A stretch of 64,000 nt of DNA from a virus. The stretch covers positions 72,890 to 136,889 of IMG/VR virus record IMGVR_UViG_3300032282_005553; one strand, 5' to 3'. A program made the translations under genes and the position numbers. This document shows, one piece after another, positions 11,331 through 22,648 of this stretch. The notes beneath the pieces were generated by a model. It searched no databases. It saw only the letters and a list, made by a program, of their open reading frames with translations, and was not told where the DNA came from. Within the stretch, counting starts at the first letter, position 1. The number at the start of each line of letters is the position of its first letter.

Positions 11331-11353
11331 ATATATATTAAGAAAGATGAATT

Positions 11354-13000
11354 ATGGGAACTCAAAATCGTTATAATTTTTTACCAAATGTTTTAGTTGG
11401 AATGAATTTTCAAAATTTTAGGAATTATGGAACACAACTACAGAGCGTCTTAGATTTTTCTCCTGCGTGGTGCGAAAGACCATATTCTTTACAGCCTAAT
11501 ATTAAATATGATGTTTCAAATTATCCTAGAATGCAGTCATCTGTATTTTTAGAAACAAATAATATGCTAAAACGAGAGACTATGGATAGGTTTCAGCTGA
11601 AATCTATGATGAGTCTAGATGGATTATTCTCTCCGATATCTTTTTATCCAACTCCATACACAACAACATTTAGTATTACAAAGTATACAACAGAAAATTG
11701 TCCATTTTGTTATGGTACAAAAATATATAATTATGTTGTCTATCCAGATAATATTGTTACTAATCTCAGAACGACTAATGCTACGTCTCTATCGAATAGT
11801 AGACAAGAAAAAACTATACCGTGTCCATTCTGCGAAACACAGTCTGTAAAAAATGATAAAGTATATAAAAGTTCTTCACCAGCCGAAGTTACTCCACCTT
11901 ATATTATTGCAAGTGGAGATGATCTAAAAATAATATCAAAATTACCAGCTACAGGACTAAGCGGTAATCCTGTCATAAATTATACCACTTTAAATCCTAT
12001 AGTATTATCTATTGGTGAATTTAGTAATTTTCAAAATAAACAAATTAAAGATAGTACAGGACATTGTATCGATCTTGTTTCTAATGGAAGTGCTATTCCA
12101 TACGGATTTGATGATCTAAGACCTGGTAACTCTATTAGTATTGGAAAATCTTATATTGATTATGATCTTAATTTAAAAGAGTATGCTGATGCTGCTCGCG
12201 CTGCCGGAGTTAATATTCCTCCAGTGCCAGATCAAATACAATCTAATACCAGATTTTTTGGATTAAGAGGACCAGTAATGCTTCATGCTTGGGGATATGA
12301 TTTAGAAGGATATCCGGTACCAAATTCTTCTGGCGAACCACTAATACGCAATGGTGCTATTACTAGGGATGCTCAAAATAATATTATTGGCAAAAATCAA
12401 AAACAAAAATCTGATGGAACTTGGACAAAACCATATAAAGAAAATACATTTTACAATGGCTGGGCTCAACAACCAGGAACGTGGCCCGTTGGGCCGATAG
12501 ATTTTAGATGGGATGAAGGTGCTGGATTATGGACTGTTGGATCCAACTATAAAGATTTACATATTGTTATTGAAGAAGATATGGTTGGCACAAATCCTGT
12601 TAGAGGTCAAATAATAGACAGTGCTTTTGATAATTCTCCACTACCAGATGATCTCAGAAGATTGGTTTTTGTAAAAGATAGTATAGGCATTTACTCTGCT
12701 CCAAGAGGTGCGGCTGTTTATTGTAAATATAATTCTAATAATGGTTTTTATGAACCAATAGGACACAGACCTTTCACAACATCTGGCACCATAACATCAT
12801 CTAATACAGTAGACATATATAAGATATATACAAAACCAAATAATCCAAATATAAGACTTTCCGAAGATCCAAAACTAGAAGTATATAATACAACATTTAA
12901 AAATCCATTAAAATTTGATGTATCAATTAACGATGTAGCTTTATTCAATTTTATTGATGGTGCTTGGGTTGTGTACGCATATAATGCTGGAGCCTGCTAA
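11354..13000 (+). CDS. Putative tail tip protein with two CPFC motifs
   Basis: 548 aa; CPFCYG and CPFCET; stop overlaps the next start (TAATG). Confidence 0.4.
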   Translation: MGTQNRYNFLPNVLVGMNFQNFRNYGTQLQSVLDFSPAWCERPYSLQPNIKYDVSNYPRMQSSVFLETNNMLKRETMDRFQLKSMMSLDGLFSPISFYPTPYTTTFSITKYTTENCPFCYGTKIYNYVVYPDNIVTNLRTTNATSLSNSRQEKTIPCPFCETQSVKNDKVYKSSSPAEVTPPYIIASGDDLKIISKLPATGLSGNPVINYTTLNPIVLSIGEFSNFQNKQIKDSTGHCIDLVSNGSAIPYGFDDLRPGNSISIGKSYIDYDLNLKEYADAARAAGVNIPPVPDQIQSNTRFFGLRGPVMLHAWGYDLEGYPVPNSSGEPLIRNGAITRDAQNNIIGKNQKQKSDGTWTKPYKENTFYNGWAQQPGTWPVGPIDFRWDEGAGLWTVGSNYKDLHIVIEEDMVGTNPVRGQIIDSAFDNSPLPDDLRRLVFVKDSIGIYSAPRGAAVYCKYNSNNGFYEPIGHRPFTTSGTITSSNTVDIYKIYTKPNNPNIRLSEDPKLEVYNTTFKNPLKFDVSINDVALFNFIDGAWVVYAYNAGAC

Positions 13001-16000
13001 TGGGATGCTCATGTAGTATATATAAAAAATCTTTATTTTTAGATGCAAAAATAGAAACTTTTAATATAGAAACTTCGTGGCTAAAGAATCTTATCCCATC
13101 ATTTGAGGCAAGAACCAGTGGATTATGGTTGCCTATAATTATTAAACCAAATAATTCTAATATAGAATATACAGATATTTTTACGCGAGCAGAATCTGAA
13201 CAAGGATTATTTGATCCTTGTAATTGTAGCATATCTGAGAATACGGTAGACGATCCGGAAAATGACCAAACATATTGTTCATATTGTTCAACAGATATTA
13301 ATAATTCTTATTCTATTGGTACATGGAAACTAACTGATAAACTGAGTGGGAAAAACGTTAGTGTTGGTGCGGCTACTTGCTGTGATGGAGCATGTGATGT
13401 TAGAATTTCTAAAGATGATTATCTAGCCAAGTTGCCATCCATGAATTCTAGTTATCTCAAACAACCATATGACCTTAAATACAAAAAACAATTTCCAGCA
13501 TGTTCAAATCTGGGATTGGGTAAAGAAAAATTTGCCTATTCTACATCATACGATTCATTTAAAGCTGAGGGACCAGAAATTGTTATAGATTGGAAAATAA
13601 AAGAAAGATTGTCTGAAATACCACCAAATGATATAGACTCATATCACAAAGATATAGACACCCATGAAAAATCATATAAGAGATCGCTGATAACAAGTAA
13701 AACATGCGGTAATTTTATTTTGACAAAATTGAGTTCGGAGTCAGGAAACAATCCGTATTATCCATTATTTAGTGGTATTATTGGAGATATACAAACAACC
13801 GGCAATTACTCTAAACTCTTACCATCTGTTAAAAATTTTACAAAACCGTACGGGTTCAAAAACCAAGATCACTATAATATTTTTGTAAAAACAGAAAAAG
13901 TGGGTTCTCATTGGAAATGGAATTATAGCTCCGGTGTGTTATGCTGGTATAGATATTTTGATGTTGATGCGACTGTAGATGATAGGCTAATTAGAGGTGT
14001 TGACCTGTATATATCAGATGGCGATGTTTTTTATGCCACAAACGATGGACCAGAAAATAGCTCATCGTCGTATAATGAAAATAATCCATCAAATAATGAA
14101 ATACATCAATGTCCGTCAGGATTAAAATTAGTTAAAAATTCTAGAGTAACAGGAATACTCCCTAATAATTCTGAATTCTTGTATATATCAGAAAATATTT
14201 ATGGTAAATTTTATAGTATCCTTAATAAAATAGAAGATCTTGAGGTATCATTAGATATTGATAATTCAAGCAAATTAAAACCTCTGAAAAAATTGGAGCT
14301 AGCTGCACTATTGGCAACTGGACCAAATTATCACGAAGTAACCGTCGATCTGTTAAAAACTGTACAAGACATAGATGACGCCACTAAAGATTATGAAAGA
14401 GATCCATTCAAACAGATAATAAGCTTCAATAAGGCGATGTTGTCAAAACCACAGTATAAGTTAAATAAACTAAATATTGTAAAAACATCTGAAGATTTAG
14501 TAAATACTTTAGCTAATAAATACGGTGCTTATATATGGTTCCCGCCAAATACAGAAAAAAAGCTAGAATTATTGAAGTCATGTCAACCTCATGCCTATTT
14601 AGATCTGGATTTTGAACCAGTCGTTAAAGATAGTGATACTCGTTTTACAACAGAGTGCAAATCAAAACCACCAGAATGTGGAGAAACAGTTGTTTCGAAA
14701 ACTTTCGCCTATAACCAAGAAATAAAAGTTGGTAATTTTGTTTTTAAAACAGATGTAGATAAGCGATACAAGAGCTATGCATGTACGAGTGGTAATTTTA
14801 CTATAGATAAAACAGCAAATATTATTAGTGCTTATTTTAATAATAACTTAATTAAGGAAAGCTATTACGGTAGTGGATGTACTAGATTTTATCAAAAATA
14901 TTTAAGAGTACCATCATATGACCTAGCCTATAAAAAACTAGGAGACTCATTGTGTGAGGATAACGAACTTTGTGATAGTAGACTATCAAAAATATACAAT
15001 AAGCCATCAGGAGAATTCGAAGATAAGTCTGTAATTTTAGACAGAAGATATCCAGCAAATTATTGTAACTCAAATGTTGATAGAATTAGTTTCAATAAAC
15101 AAGGTGGCTTATATTATGATAGTAATATTTTTGGATCAGATAATGTAGTCTTTGTTTCAACATATGGTTCTGAGAACGGTAATTACTCTGTGTCTTTTAA
15201 AACAAAAGACGTTGGTATTAAGTTATATAATTTAGAAATTTGTAAATTACGCGATGAAAAGAATGCTGGATGTAAAACATTTCCGCTCAACCAAGCCTGC
15301 AAATGTTTTCCACTAAGTTATGTTGACGGATATAGATATAATTGCAATGGTACGCTAACTTTCACCAATAGTTTTAACATACTCTATACTCCAAATTTAT
15401 CAACACAAAGTAGTCCTGTTATTAAAAGCTATGGAGGATTTTCTATTCAAGAAGTAGATCAAATACTGGGCTTAGGAAATAGAATACAAAACCATCCTTC
15501 ACCAAATACTGATCTATCAAAAGTAAATAGAATTATTGATCCATTGCATCCGTACGAATGTCAAGAAACTATCACAGTAAATTTTCCAAATTATATTTAT
15601 ACAAAATGGGGGATAACATTACCGACCCAATACAATACATCACACGCAGATATATGGATGAAAATCAATGAAACCGTTGATTTATTCAAGCCAATCAATA
15701 CTTTTTTGGACGAAGAAGATGAGTTAGTTTCTGAGCCAAATAAAAATTATCGTAGATTTACTACTAAAGTAGATATCAATAAAAGTACAATATATGGCAG
15801 TCAACAAAATATCTTATTCTCAAAAGATACTACGCCAAGTTTTGTTAATATAGAATTTACAAATCCATTTTTATATTCATTATTGTCTCAAATATCAAGC
15901 GATATTAATAAAAACAAAATTCTATATACCCCATTGCCCTGCTCGTTGGATGTAAATAGGAATCAGACTCAGGATCCATTTGATTCATATTTAATAAAAT

Positions 16001-19000
16001 CAATATCAATTATTTTTCAAAGATTACCTAGAAAGCAATTTTTAGCATATAAATTTAAACCATTAAATTCTATCGGAACATTAAACAAAACTTTCTTCCA
16101 TCCAAACAGTGGATTAGTATCAGATTTTGCAGACAACAAGACTTCGCTACTATTTAATAGTGGCATATGTACTTTTGATTTCGATTATGAAAGACAACTA
16201 TTTAACAATGGTTCTACCAGGTATTCAGACAGTGGCATAATATATAGTGGTGTCATAACTACACAAGTTAAAAGAATACTGAATTCAGTTGATAATTTAT
16301 TAAATCATAAAAAATTACGTTTATATATAAAATATAATAATGTTTGGTACGAATACACAAATCCACATATTTTTGGATATTATAATCAAATAAACAACAC
16401 AGTTTATCCATCCTATCCTATGTTTTTTGAGTACTCCAAAGAAGAGAAATATAAAACACAACTTAACATATCTGTACCAGTCAATAGCAGAGTATCAGAT
16501 GTGACTACTCTGGTAACAACTGAACCATCAATTTTGATCCCGGCTTCGGCAAAAAAGAACATTGAATTCAAATATGTCTATAACGCATTTAACCATCAGC
16601 CAAAAATTGAATCAAGTAATAATCAAAATATACCACTATTAAATAGTATAATTTCTGTATTGCCCAATAATAATTATCCAGTATTTGATGAAACTTTTGC
16701 AATAGACAAGAACTCAAACAATAAAATTATTATACCTGGTACAAGAGCGTATTTTTTAATAGAGGAAGAAGACAAAGCAGAAAAAATATTGACTACTATT
16801 CAAAATATGTCAGAAACTGATCAAGAAAAAATCCATAAAAACACATTTGTCATAGATGTAAATAAAACTAGATTCAGATATAAAGGAGAAGACTCAAAAA
16901 CTGACGAAAAATCTTATGAAAAAGTTCCCCCAAGAGACTACAGAGATAATAATTTTTCTGAAGAATACATCAAATATAGTAAAACAAATAAGGCCGGATA
17001 TGTAGCTAATACTAATGTTCCTACAAAACTGACTGAAATTATCTTATTATCATTTAATAATCCATATCTATTATATAGATATAAAGTTAAAAGTAAAAAA
17101 ATTATTGCTCCAAAAGGAGATAAATATGGTAATGATATCTCAATATTCGCAACATTAAAATCAAATGAATACTTAAAAACATTTACCGTTTTAGAATTGG
17201 ATGGAGTCTGCGAGGAATGTGAAATACCTCTTAAGGAAGGATATGTAAAGCTTGTCGATCCCGATGGTTCAACTGCAACACCGGAATCAATTATACTATT
17301 CCAAGACTTAAAGAACTTGGTTAAGTCTGAAAATGATTCGTTTCTGAGTAATAGATTTATTCAAACCAAATGGGGAGATGTATTAAGATATGACGAAAAT
17401 GTATTCCAGGATTTAAATAATTCATTAACGGTATCGAATACAATCAAGAATTTATATCCATCTTCTTTGTATGATAATATATTTCATAATATTTCTATTA
17501 ATAATACTAACACTGGAAACTTTAACGCTTTTATAGTAAGTAGGGGGACAGGAGACGGTTCATCGGTGAGTGGAGCATTGAATCACTCTGGATTAGTATA
17601 CTATAATATGCATCAAATATATAATATTGGATTAAATAAATATTTAGAAAATATTGTTAGTAATTATCAAAATTATCTTCCTTTTCTTGATATTAATTTT
17701 TTCAATTCTAATTATATTAGATCTCAGTCTTGGTTTAATAATATTACGAATAACTACGAAAATAATCTTGTGAGTGCTGGAGAAATATATATCAGTGGAA
17801 TAAGAGAGTACGTGCAAACAAAAGAACTTAAAAATAATCCAGAATCAGGATCAACATTTTTCATATCTATAGATAAAAATCAATACCTACAGCCGGTATT
17901 ATTCAATAATAATTTTTATTACGATAGTTTAAGAGTTGATGACGTATATTATCGTTTAGCGTCATTATCTAAAGAAGAGGCTTATAATAACAGTGGTTGT
18001 AGATCTATTTTTAAACCTAGTATCTCTTTTGGCGCAACCACATTTCCTCATTTTTTTAATACGTCGGCATTTTGTATTAGTCCAATCACTGGTCATTATT
18101 TTGAAAATATTCCAATTTATTGTGATATGGATAAAATTGGAAAATGTGCAAATGAACAGTGCGGATTAAAAACAGTGGGATGGACAAAGCTAAGAGCAGG
18201 ATATAATCATTACGAGTATCCATTTATTACTGCCAAAGTTCTGGAATCTTCCAGTAATGTAGAGTATGCTCTATCAGTTGACGAAGGACTGTATAATGTA
18301 ATCGGTAATGATAGTATGCCATATATACAGCGTTTTGAAATAGAACCAAAATCAAATCTGTTTCCGGATACAACTCTTGATAAAAACAATACATGTATAA
18401 AAGGAAATGATGCTCGTCCACCACGACCACAGAACTATATAGATCATGAATATCAAAATAAATTAAAAAACTATATTTTATCTGAAGATAATAAAGGAGA
18501 TCTTGTAAAAAATACTGATATATTGGCTAACGAGATGCTATTTAGAACTATTTATGGAGCCAAACAGCAAATAGAATATGATACGATTAAGAAGAAAACA
18601 GTCAAAGAAGCTATACAATATAAAACTGAAAAATCTATATCTTATCTTTTACAGTATGCCGAACCAAAAACAACACCAGATCTGATTTATAAATTAATAC
18701 CATATGATTATTCTACTCAAAGTGATACATCAAAAAGAAAAATACAAGGAACCATATCTATAGACGGAGTTTTAAAGATAGGTAAAAATGTATCAGTAAA
18801 AATTGGAAATGCTACGTTATCAGTATCTGTACAAAAAATAGAAGGTAAAATTTATGCGATAGGATCTTTGAATGGAATTACTGCTAGCGGAATGATCCAT
18901 GATGAAGATAATATTCAGTACGGTTTAGTTCCTTGGTCTACTAGATCATCGCCCGGAAACACAGAGAACACAAGATATAGAAAACTACAAAGATGTGATA

Positions 19001-21132
19001 TACCAGATACATATAGTTGGTCTAAAAGCAAACATTTTACAACAATGAAATATTCAGATGGAATTAAAACTGTAGATGTTGTTGCCGAGTATTTAAAATG
19101 CATGACTAAGCTGGTACAAGAAAAAACATGTGTAGATAGAATAGATTGGGGTGGAAATCCTCCAGATGGGTCTGTGCTATCTGGTGGAATTGTAGACTGC
19201 GTGGGTAGTCCACCATGTGTAGGATGTTACAGTAGAGGGTATGCTCCAGGACCTGGTCAATATGTGGTATTTGGACAAGTAGAAGCAGACCCTAGAACCT
19301 CTGTACTTTCCGGTGGTTCTACGACACCACCAGTGAGCACACAACCATCAAATTTAGGGGTTAATGGAGGAGCAGCCAGAGAAGGTAGTTTAGAAATTTT
19401 TAATTCTATGTCTCCTAACTGTACGGTTATAACGACCAGAAGTTCCAAAGTTTCAGTCGGCGGATTGGGTAGGGGTAGTTTTGGTAACGGATCTATTTTT
19501 GGAGACTGTCCCGTTAGACAAAATGCATCCATAAGCACAAGCCCATGTCAATTGGGTGGGGATTTTGATAGTGTGCTTGGTGGTTTGGCTGTTATGAATC
19601 TATTTGGTCACAGAAACTGCACTACTGCTCCCTCTCCATGCAAAGGGGCTTGCACTCCATTGGATTTTGAAGACAAATATGGAAAAGTTAATACTCCTGC
19701 AAGATATGCTACTGGTCCAGATGGTTCAAGGTATCCGATTTGTGAATGCGCTAACTATAATTATGGGTATTGTGGTATACCTGATACGACCTGTAGTTGT
19801 CCAGAATATTACCGTGGATTTCCAAAAATATTTGAATATGATTTTGAATATTGCAACTATAATTTCACTAAAATGAGAGGCAATATATGGAAACATGAGG
19901 ACGGAGAACCTCCTGTATGGGGTGGTACACTTTTAGATATAGAATGCAAACAGGCAGACTTAGACTATGGTAACGCTACCGGAGAAGCCACGGAAGAATG
20001 CTATTGGGTAGAATGTTTATCTCCCTCAGAAAGCAAGGATATCTATGAAGCTATAACAACTAATCCAAATCCATATAAGCCATTATGTCCTACAAATTTA
20101 TGTAGTATTAGTTATGATAATAATACTATTACATTAAGTTTACCAGGATCAACTACTTGTTTTAATAATAATATAAGAACAAAATGTCCTGAAATAACAA
20201 TCACGCTACCTGATTCAACATTCACTTTTACGGACACTATTACTAGTGAATGTACTGAATGTAGCGTTGAAAAAAATGCAATTAAAACACCAACATCTCA
20301 AAATCCGAAATGGGATATTATTACAGAAACTAGAACAGCTATTTTAAATTGGACATTGCCTATAGAAGGAGATAAAAATATTGACGCTATGGGCGGAGGT
20401 GGAGCCGTTTATGTGGACAAAGACATATGTGGAGACACTGGGCCTTGTTGCTGTGATAATTGCTATAGGGGAACAGGAGGAATGATACAGTGTGGTCGAT
20501 CCGCTCCGGATAGTTGGGTTTGGTGGCATGGTTTGGCATGTAATCTAAATGGTTCTCCAGACCCCCAGTTCGCCCCATGCAAAAAAAGAGAAGGACAGGT
20601 TGGTATGAAAAATTTACGATCAGGCATAGGCTTTTATACTGGATCAGATAATGGTAAAGTTAAAGCTAGAGTAATACAAGATTGGAAAAATCAAGTTGCT
20701 GCAATATATAAAACTTACGCGCCATGCTTTAATCATAAAGATGGCAGCATAAATGTGGAAGATTTAGTAGAGGGCGTGGTTCCTGGCTCTTGTTCTGATT
20801 TACAGTTTGCTGTAGCTAGTTATCCAATGGTGGCATGGAGAAAAACACTAGATGGAGGAGAACAATCTCAAGGAACTTATGGTGTTCATTATGCATACTT
20901 TACATATCAATACAGAAGACCGCGTACTATACAGGATGTATTATTAGGAGAAGAAATTAGTAATAAATGTAGTACAGCAATTCCGATACTACCTACAGAT
21001 GGTTATAATATAACAGAAAAATATGAAATAAAAAATTGTGATACTATACCAAATTGTTATGATACTAAGCCGGATGTATGCGACAAGGAACATTATTGCT
21101 GTAGAACAGGGCAAAATAGAAGGGATATTTAA
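13000..21132 (+). CDS. Giant Cys-rich virion-associated protein
   Basis: 2710-aa uninterrupted ORF with Cys clusters at both ends; last large gene of the tail operon. Confidence 0.5.
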   Translation: MGCSCSIYKKSLFLDAKIETFNIETSWLKNLIPSFEARTSGLWLPIIIKPNNSNIEYTDIFTRAESEQGLFDPCNCSISENTVDDPENDQTYCSYCSTDINNSYSIGTWKLTDKLSGKNVSVGAATCCDGACDVRISKDDYLAKLPSMNSSYLKQPYDLKYKKQFPACSNLGLGKEKFAYSTSYDSFKAEGPEIVIDWKIKERLSEIPPNDIDSYHKDIDTHEKSYKRSLITSKTCGNFILTKLSSESGNNPYYPLFSGIIGDIQTTGNYSKLLPSVKNFTKPYGFKNQDHYNIFVKTEKVGSHWKWNYSSGVLCWYRYFDVDATVDDRLIRGVDLYISDGDVFYATNDGPENSSSSYNENNPSNNEIHQCPSGLKLVKNSRVTGILPNNSEFLYISENIYGKFYSILNKIEDLEVSLDIDNSSKLKPLKKLELAALLATGPNYHEVTVDLLKTVQDIDDATKDYERDPFKQIISFNKAMLSKPQYKLNKLNIVKTSEDLVNTLANKYGAYIWFPPNTEKKLELLKSCQPHAYLDLDFEPVVKDSDTRFTTECKSKPPECGETVVSKTFAYNQEIKVGNFVFKTDVDKRYKSYACTSGNFTIDKTANIISAYFNNNLIKESYYGSGCTRFYQKYLRVPSYDLAYKKLGDSLCEDNELCDSRLSKIYNKPSGEFEDKSVILDRRYPANYCNSNVDRISFNKQGGLYYDSNIFGSDNVVFVSTYGSENGNYSVSFKTKDVGIKLYNLEICKLRDEKNAGCKTFPLNQACKCFPLSYVDGYRYNCNGTLTFTNSFNILYTPNLSTQSSPVIKSYGGFSIQEVDQILGLGNRIQNHPSPNTDLSKVNRIIDPLHPYECQETITVNFPNYIYTKWGITLPTQYNTSHADIWMKINETVDLFKPINTFLDEEDELVSEPNKNYRRFTTKVDINKSTIYGSQQNILFSKDTTPSFVNIEFTNPFLYSLLSQISSDINKNKILYTPLPCSLDVNRNQTQDPFDSYLIKSISIIFQRLPRKQFLAYKFKPLNSIGTLNKTFFHPNSGLVSDFADNKTSLLFNSGICTFDFDYERQLFNNGSTRYSDSGIIYSGVITTQVKRILNSVDNLLNHKKLRLYIKYNNVWYEYTNPHIFGYYNQINNTVYPSYPMFFEYSKEEKYKTQLNISVPVNSRVSDVTTLVTTEPSILIPASAKKNIEFKYVYNAFNHQPKIESSNNQNIPLLNSIISVLPNNNYPVFDETFAIDKNSNNKIIIPGTRAYFLIEEEDKAEKILTTIQNMSETDQEKIHKNTFVIDVNKTRFRYKGEDSKTDEKSYEKVPPRDYRDNNFSEEYIKYSKTNKAGYVANTNVPTKLTEIILLSFNNPYLLYRYKVKSKKIIAPKGDKYGNDISIFATLKSNEYLKTFTVLELDGVCEECEIPLKEGYVKLVDPDGSTATPESIILFQDLKNLVKSENDSFLSNRFIQTKWGDVLRYDENVFQDLNNSLTVSNTIKNLYPSSLYDNIFHNISINNTNTGNFNAFIVSRGTGDGSSVSGALNHSGLVYYNMHQIYNIGLNKYLENIVSNYQNYLPFLDINFFNSNYIRSQSWFNNITNNYENNLVSAGEIYISGIREYVQTKELKNNPESGSTFFISIDKNQYLQPVLFNNNFYYDSLRVDDVYYRLASLSKEEAYNNSGCRSIFKPSISFGATTFPHFFNTSAFCISPITGHYFENIPIYCDMDKIGKCANEQCGLKTVGWTKLRAGYNHYEYPFITAKVLESSSNVEYALSVDEGLYNVIGNDSMPYIQRFEIEPKSNLFPDTTLDKNNTCIKGNDARPPRPQNYIDHEYQNKLKNYILSEDNKGDLVKNTDILANEMLFRTIYGAKQQIEYDTIKKKTVKEAIQYKTEKSISYLLQYAEPKTTPDLIYKLIPYDYSTQSDTSKRKIQGTISIDGVLKIGKNVSVKIGNATLSVSVQKIEGKIYAIGSLNGITASGMIHDEDNIQYGLVPWSTRSSPGNTENTRYRKLQRCDIPDTYSWSKSKHFTTMKYSDGIKTVDVVAEYLKCMTKLVQEKTCVDRIDWGGNPPDGSVLSGGIVDCVGSPPCVGCYSRGYAPGPGQYVVFGQVEADPRTSVLSGGSTTPPVSTQPSNLGVNGGAAREGSLEIFNSMSPNCTVITTRSSKVSVGGLGRGSFGNGSIFGDCPVRQNASISTSPCQLGGDFDSVLGGLAVMNLFGHRNCTTAPSPCKGACTPLDFEDKYGKVNTPARYATGPDGSRYPICECANYNYGYCGIPDTTCSCPEYYRGFPKIFEYDFEYCNYNFTKMRGNIWKHEDGEPPVWGGTLLDIECKQADLDYGNATGEATEECYWVECLSPSESKDIYEAITTNPNPYKPLCPTNLCSISYDNNTITLSLPGSTTCFNNNIRTKCPEITITLPDSTFTFTDTITSECTECSVEKNAIKTPTSQNPKWDIITETRTAILNWTLPIEGDKNIDAMGGGGAVYVDKDICGDTGPCCCDNCYRGTGGMIQCGRSAPDSWVWWHGLACNLNGSPDPQFAPCKKREGQVGMKNLRSGIGFYTGSDNGKVKARVIQDWKNQVAAIYKTYAPCFNHKDGSINVEDLVEGVVPGSCSDLQFAVASYPMVAWRKTLDGGEQSQGTYGVHYAYFTYQYRRPRTIQDVLLGEEISNKCSTAIPILPTDGYNITEKYEIKNCDTIPNCYDTKPDVCDKEHYCCRTGQNRRDI

Positions 21133-21134
21133 TT

Positions 21135-21605
21135 ATGAATAATAGTCCATATTGTGATCTAATAGATACAAATACTGTATTCAATAATAAAAAAGTTTAT
21201 AGGTGCTCATATTGTGGAATTCAAATTGGATTAGATAATATTGATACAAAAATGATTTGTTTTAAAAAAATGCAAGATTATTCATTGTATGTCAGACAAA
21301 TTGTTCGACCAAATCAAGATGCAACAGTATCAGAATTGAAGCCCGGAGAAATTGCACAGGATTTGGTACTTAACAATCTATTGGAAAAACAAACAATAGA
21401 ACAAGAAAACCAAAATAATCCATCAAATTTATGCACAGATAATGAGATAGAGAGCAGATTATCTATTTGCAGAACATGTGAATTCTATCAAGATGATACA
21501 TGTTCATTATGCGGATGTCATATAGTTAGAGAAGCAAATCATATGAACAAGTTGGCGCATAAAGATCAAGCGTGTCCAGCAGGAAAATGGGGTCCAATCT
21601 ACTGA
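21135..21605 (+). CDS. Small Cys-rich protein, DUF6171-like C-terminus
   Basis: 'RLSICRTC...CSLCGC...K...CPAGKW' pattern plus N-terminal CSYC. Confidence 0.65.
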   Translation: MNNSPYCDLIDTNTVFNNKKVYRCSYCGIQIGLDNIDTKMICFKKMQDYSLYVRQIVRPNQDATVSELKPGEIAQDLVLNNLLEKQTIEQENQNNPSNLCTDNEIESRLSICRTCEFYQDDTCSLCGCHIVREANHMNKLAHKDQACPAGKWGPIY

Positions 21606-22648
21606 TTTCTTTTATAATCAAACTGAAATACATTTACGATACCATTTTGTGGACTTATTTGTATTTGTTTGTCTGTAACTTTATCATCAACCCTTATTCT
21701 TATTCTTACTGTTGTGCTATTAATTTGACACCATTGTCTATAATGATGTACATAAACTATATAGTGTGCATCTGGTGCTCTTCCAGGTGGCCAGAAAATG
21801 TTTTCTACTGGCCTATGTGTAGTTGGCATAGCGTTCATATCTATGTCTAACATACCCATATTAGGTCCTGCTCTATTTTGAAAATTTATTGTGGCCAATG
21901 CCCCAAAATCTGTTGTCATACATACTCCAACATCTATATCATTTAAATCATCCCAAGCAATTGATATTTGTATATCTCCTGTTTTTGCACCAGCCATCGC
22001 CAATCTTTTTTCAAATTCATCACCACCTTTTCCTGCTCCACGCCCAATACCACTACTATTTCCGGTAAACTTACCTGTCTTCCCTCTCGATGGAGGAGGA
22101 GGGGCCGGTTCTCTATCTAGACCAAGTCCTTTGATCACATCGTTCAAATTATTGTCCTGATCCGATTCTGCAACACTATTTTTTGGTTGTGATGTTGTGG
22201 AATCTTCATTTTTGGATTCTTCATTTTCTTGTATAGACAAAGTTTCGTCAATCGAAGAAAGAGCATTTAAGTCTATTGGTTCCTCGGTCATTGGTTGAGC
22301 TATCGTATCGTCAACTAATTCGTTTATATCGGGTTCTAGAAGTTCTGGCTCATCAGATGCTACTTCTGTTTCTTCTGTTATTGGAGCATCGTCGATCATT
22401 TGTTCTGGAACAAGAGAAACTTCCTCTATATTTAGAGCAATTTCTTCTGTGGCCTCAAATGACATAGTGATAGATATTGGCTTAACAGGACTTTCTGTCT
22501 TGATAAAGAGAATAGCTAAAAATAACAAGAGTATTACATTGAAACAGAGGCTCTGTAATACGCCTGTTAGCCAAATATCTTCGCAGATTTTTATTTCTTC
22601 GTCAGTTAAGTATTTGCTGAATCCTGATTTTTTTGCCATTTGTGCCAA
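21599..22648 (-). CDS. Membrane-anchored protein with acidic linker and YfaP/DUF2135-like C-terminal domain
   Basis: TM helix 'LCFNVILLLFLAILFI', E/D/P-rich linker, then 'GDIQISIAWDDLNDIDV...GMLDIDMN...VENIFWP...YIVYVHHY'. Confidence 0.6.
   Translation of the reverse strand: MAQMAKKSGFSKYLTDEEIKICEDIWLTGVLQSLCFNVILLLFLAILFIKTESPVKPISITMSFEATEEIALNIEEVSLVPEQMIDDAPITEETEVASDEPELLEPDINELVDDTIAQPMTEEPIDLNALSSIDETLSIQENEESKNEDSTTSQPKNSVAESDQDNNLNDVIKGLGLDREPAPPPPSRGKTGKFTGNSSGIGRGAGKGGDEFEKRLAMAGAKTGDIQISIAWDDLNDIDVGVCMTTDFGALATINFQNRAGPNMGMLDIDMNAMPTTHRPVENIFWPPGRAPDAHYIVYVHHYRQWCQINSTTVRIRIRVDDKVTDKQIQISPQNGIVNVFQFDYKRNQ

Noticed and set aside
13000-21132. Diversity-generating retroelement target in the tail proteins
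   Set aside because: No reverse transcriptase and no template/variable repeat pair noticed in the window; a self-alignment was not run.
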